A DNA stretch of 64,000 nucleotides from assembly GCA_002633005.1 (NCBI GenBank), contig NMRA01000297.1, forward strand, positions 481,085 through 545,084, read 5' to 3'. Positions 62,965-64,000 of the stretch are shown piece after piece. The DNA comes from Phoronis australis. Its lineage: Eukaryota > Animalia > Phoronida. The notes beneath the pieces are model-generated. The model made no database searches and was not told the origin of the DNA. It saw only the letters and a list, made by a program, of their open reading frames with translations. Position 1 is the first letter of the stretch. Every line of letters starts with the position of its first letter. The translations under genes were made by a program, and so were the position numbers.

Positions 62965-64000
62965 CACTGGTGGAATCCACTGGCCTCAACTGGCATCCAC
63001 TGGCATCCACTGAATCCACAGGCCTCCACTGGCCTCCACTGGCCACCACTGTCCTCCATTGGCCTCCACTGGACTCCACTAGCCTCCACTGGCCTCCACA
63101 GGACTCCACTGGGCTCCACTGGCCTCCACTGGCCTCCACTGGCCTCCATTGGCCTCAACTGGCCTCCACTGGCCTCCACTGGCGTCCACTGGCCTAAACT
63201 AGCCTCCACTGGCCCCCACTGTCGTCCACTGGCCTAAACTGGCCTCCTCTGACCTCCACTGGTTTCCACCGGCCTCAACTGCCATCCACTGGCATCCACT
63301 GGAATCCACAGGCCTCCACTGGCCTCCACTGGCCTCCACTGGCCACCACTGTCCTCCAATGGCCTCCACTGGCCTCCACTGGACTCCACTAGCCTCCACT
63401 GGCCTCCACAAGACTCCACTGGGCTCCACTGGCCTTCACTGGCCTGCACTGGCCTCCATTGGCCTCCACTGGCCTCCACTGGCGTCCACTGGACCACTGC
63501 CCTCCACTGGCCACCATGGGCCTCCATTGGCTTCCACGTGTATCCACTGGTCTCCACTGGCCTCCACTGGACTCCACGGCCCTCCACTGGCCTCCACAGA
63601 CCTCCACTGCCCTCCACTGACCTCCACTTGCCCCCACTGGCCTCCACTGTCCTCCACTGGGTTCCACTGTCCTCCAAGGCCTCCACTGGCGTCCACTGGC
63701 CTCCACTGGCCACCATTGATCTCCACTGCCCTCCACTGGCCTCGACTGGCCTCCAATAGCCTCCACTGGCCTCCACTGCCCTCTGCTGGCTTCCATTGGC
63801 GTCCACTGCCCTCAACTCTCCTCCAGTGGCCTCCACTGGCCTCCAGTGGCCTCCACTGGCCTCCACTGTAATCCACTGGCTTCCACTGGCTTCCACGGCC
63901 ATCCACTGGCCTCTACGGGCGTCCACTAGCCTCCACTGGCCTCATCCGGCCTTCACTGACCTCCACTGGCCTCTTCTGGCCTCCACTGGCTTCCAATGGC
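62965..64000. repeat. 10-bp satellite (GGCCTCCACT)n, running off the window
   Basis: About 100 degenerate units. Confidence 0.97.

Noticed and set aside
62921-63926. Many overlapping EASGGQWRPV / STGLHWPPLA ORFs
   Set aside because: Artefacts of the 10-bp satellite.

Overview
AT-rich, intron- and transposon-dense animal DNA, most consistent with a marine invertebrate; it is not prokaryotic and has no CRISPR or rRNA. (1) I rebuilt by hand 14 in-frame + strand exons (3868-44278, about 1060 codons, 5' end outside the window). They encode a type I membrane protein: EGF-EGF-TSP1x3-EGF-EGF-sushi-[RFKR furin site]-ephrin-receptor-like Cys repeats-Ser/Thr mucin stalk-TM-short tail. (2) The right end holds a convergent, spliced two-gene module typical of Kolobok DNA transposons. 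It pairs a frameshifted, 5'-truncated transposase C-terminus (+, 59042-61189) with an open three-exon KolX / P2X7-ballast-like gene that has an RG-rich N-terminal exon (-, 61393-62739). (3) The introns and flanks carry many mobile elements: a LINE fragment, two Penelope-like copies, a piggyBac (PGBD3-like) pseudogene, a three-layer Academ > ISL2EU-like > MITE nest, Sola- and Tc1/mariner-type non-autonomous elements, several CA...TG elements with 5-bp TSDs, THAP remnants and minisatellites. There is an assembly gap at 28177-28855. All family names come from motif and terminus recognition by eye; no database search was run.
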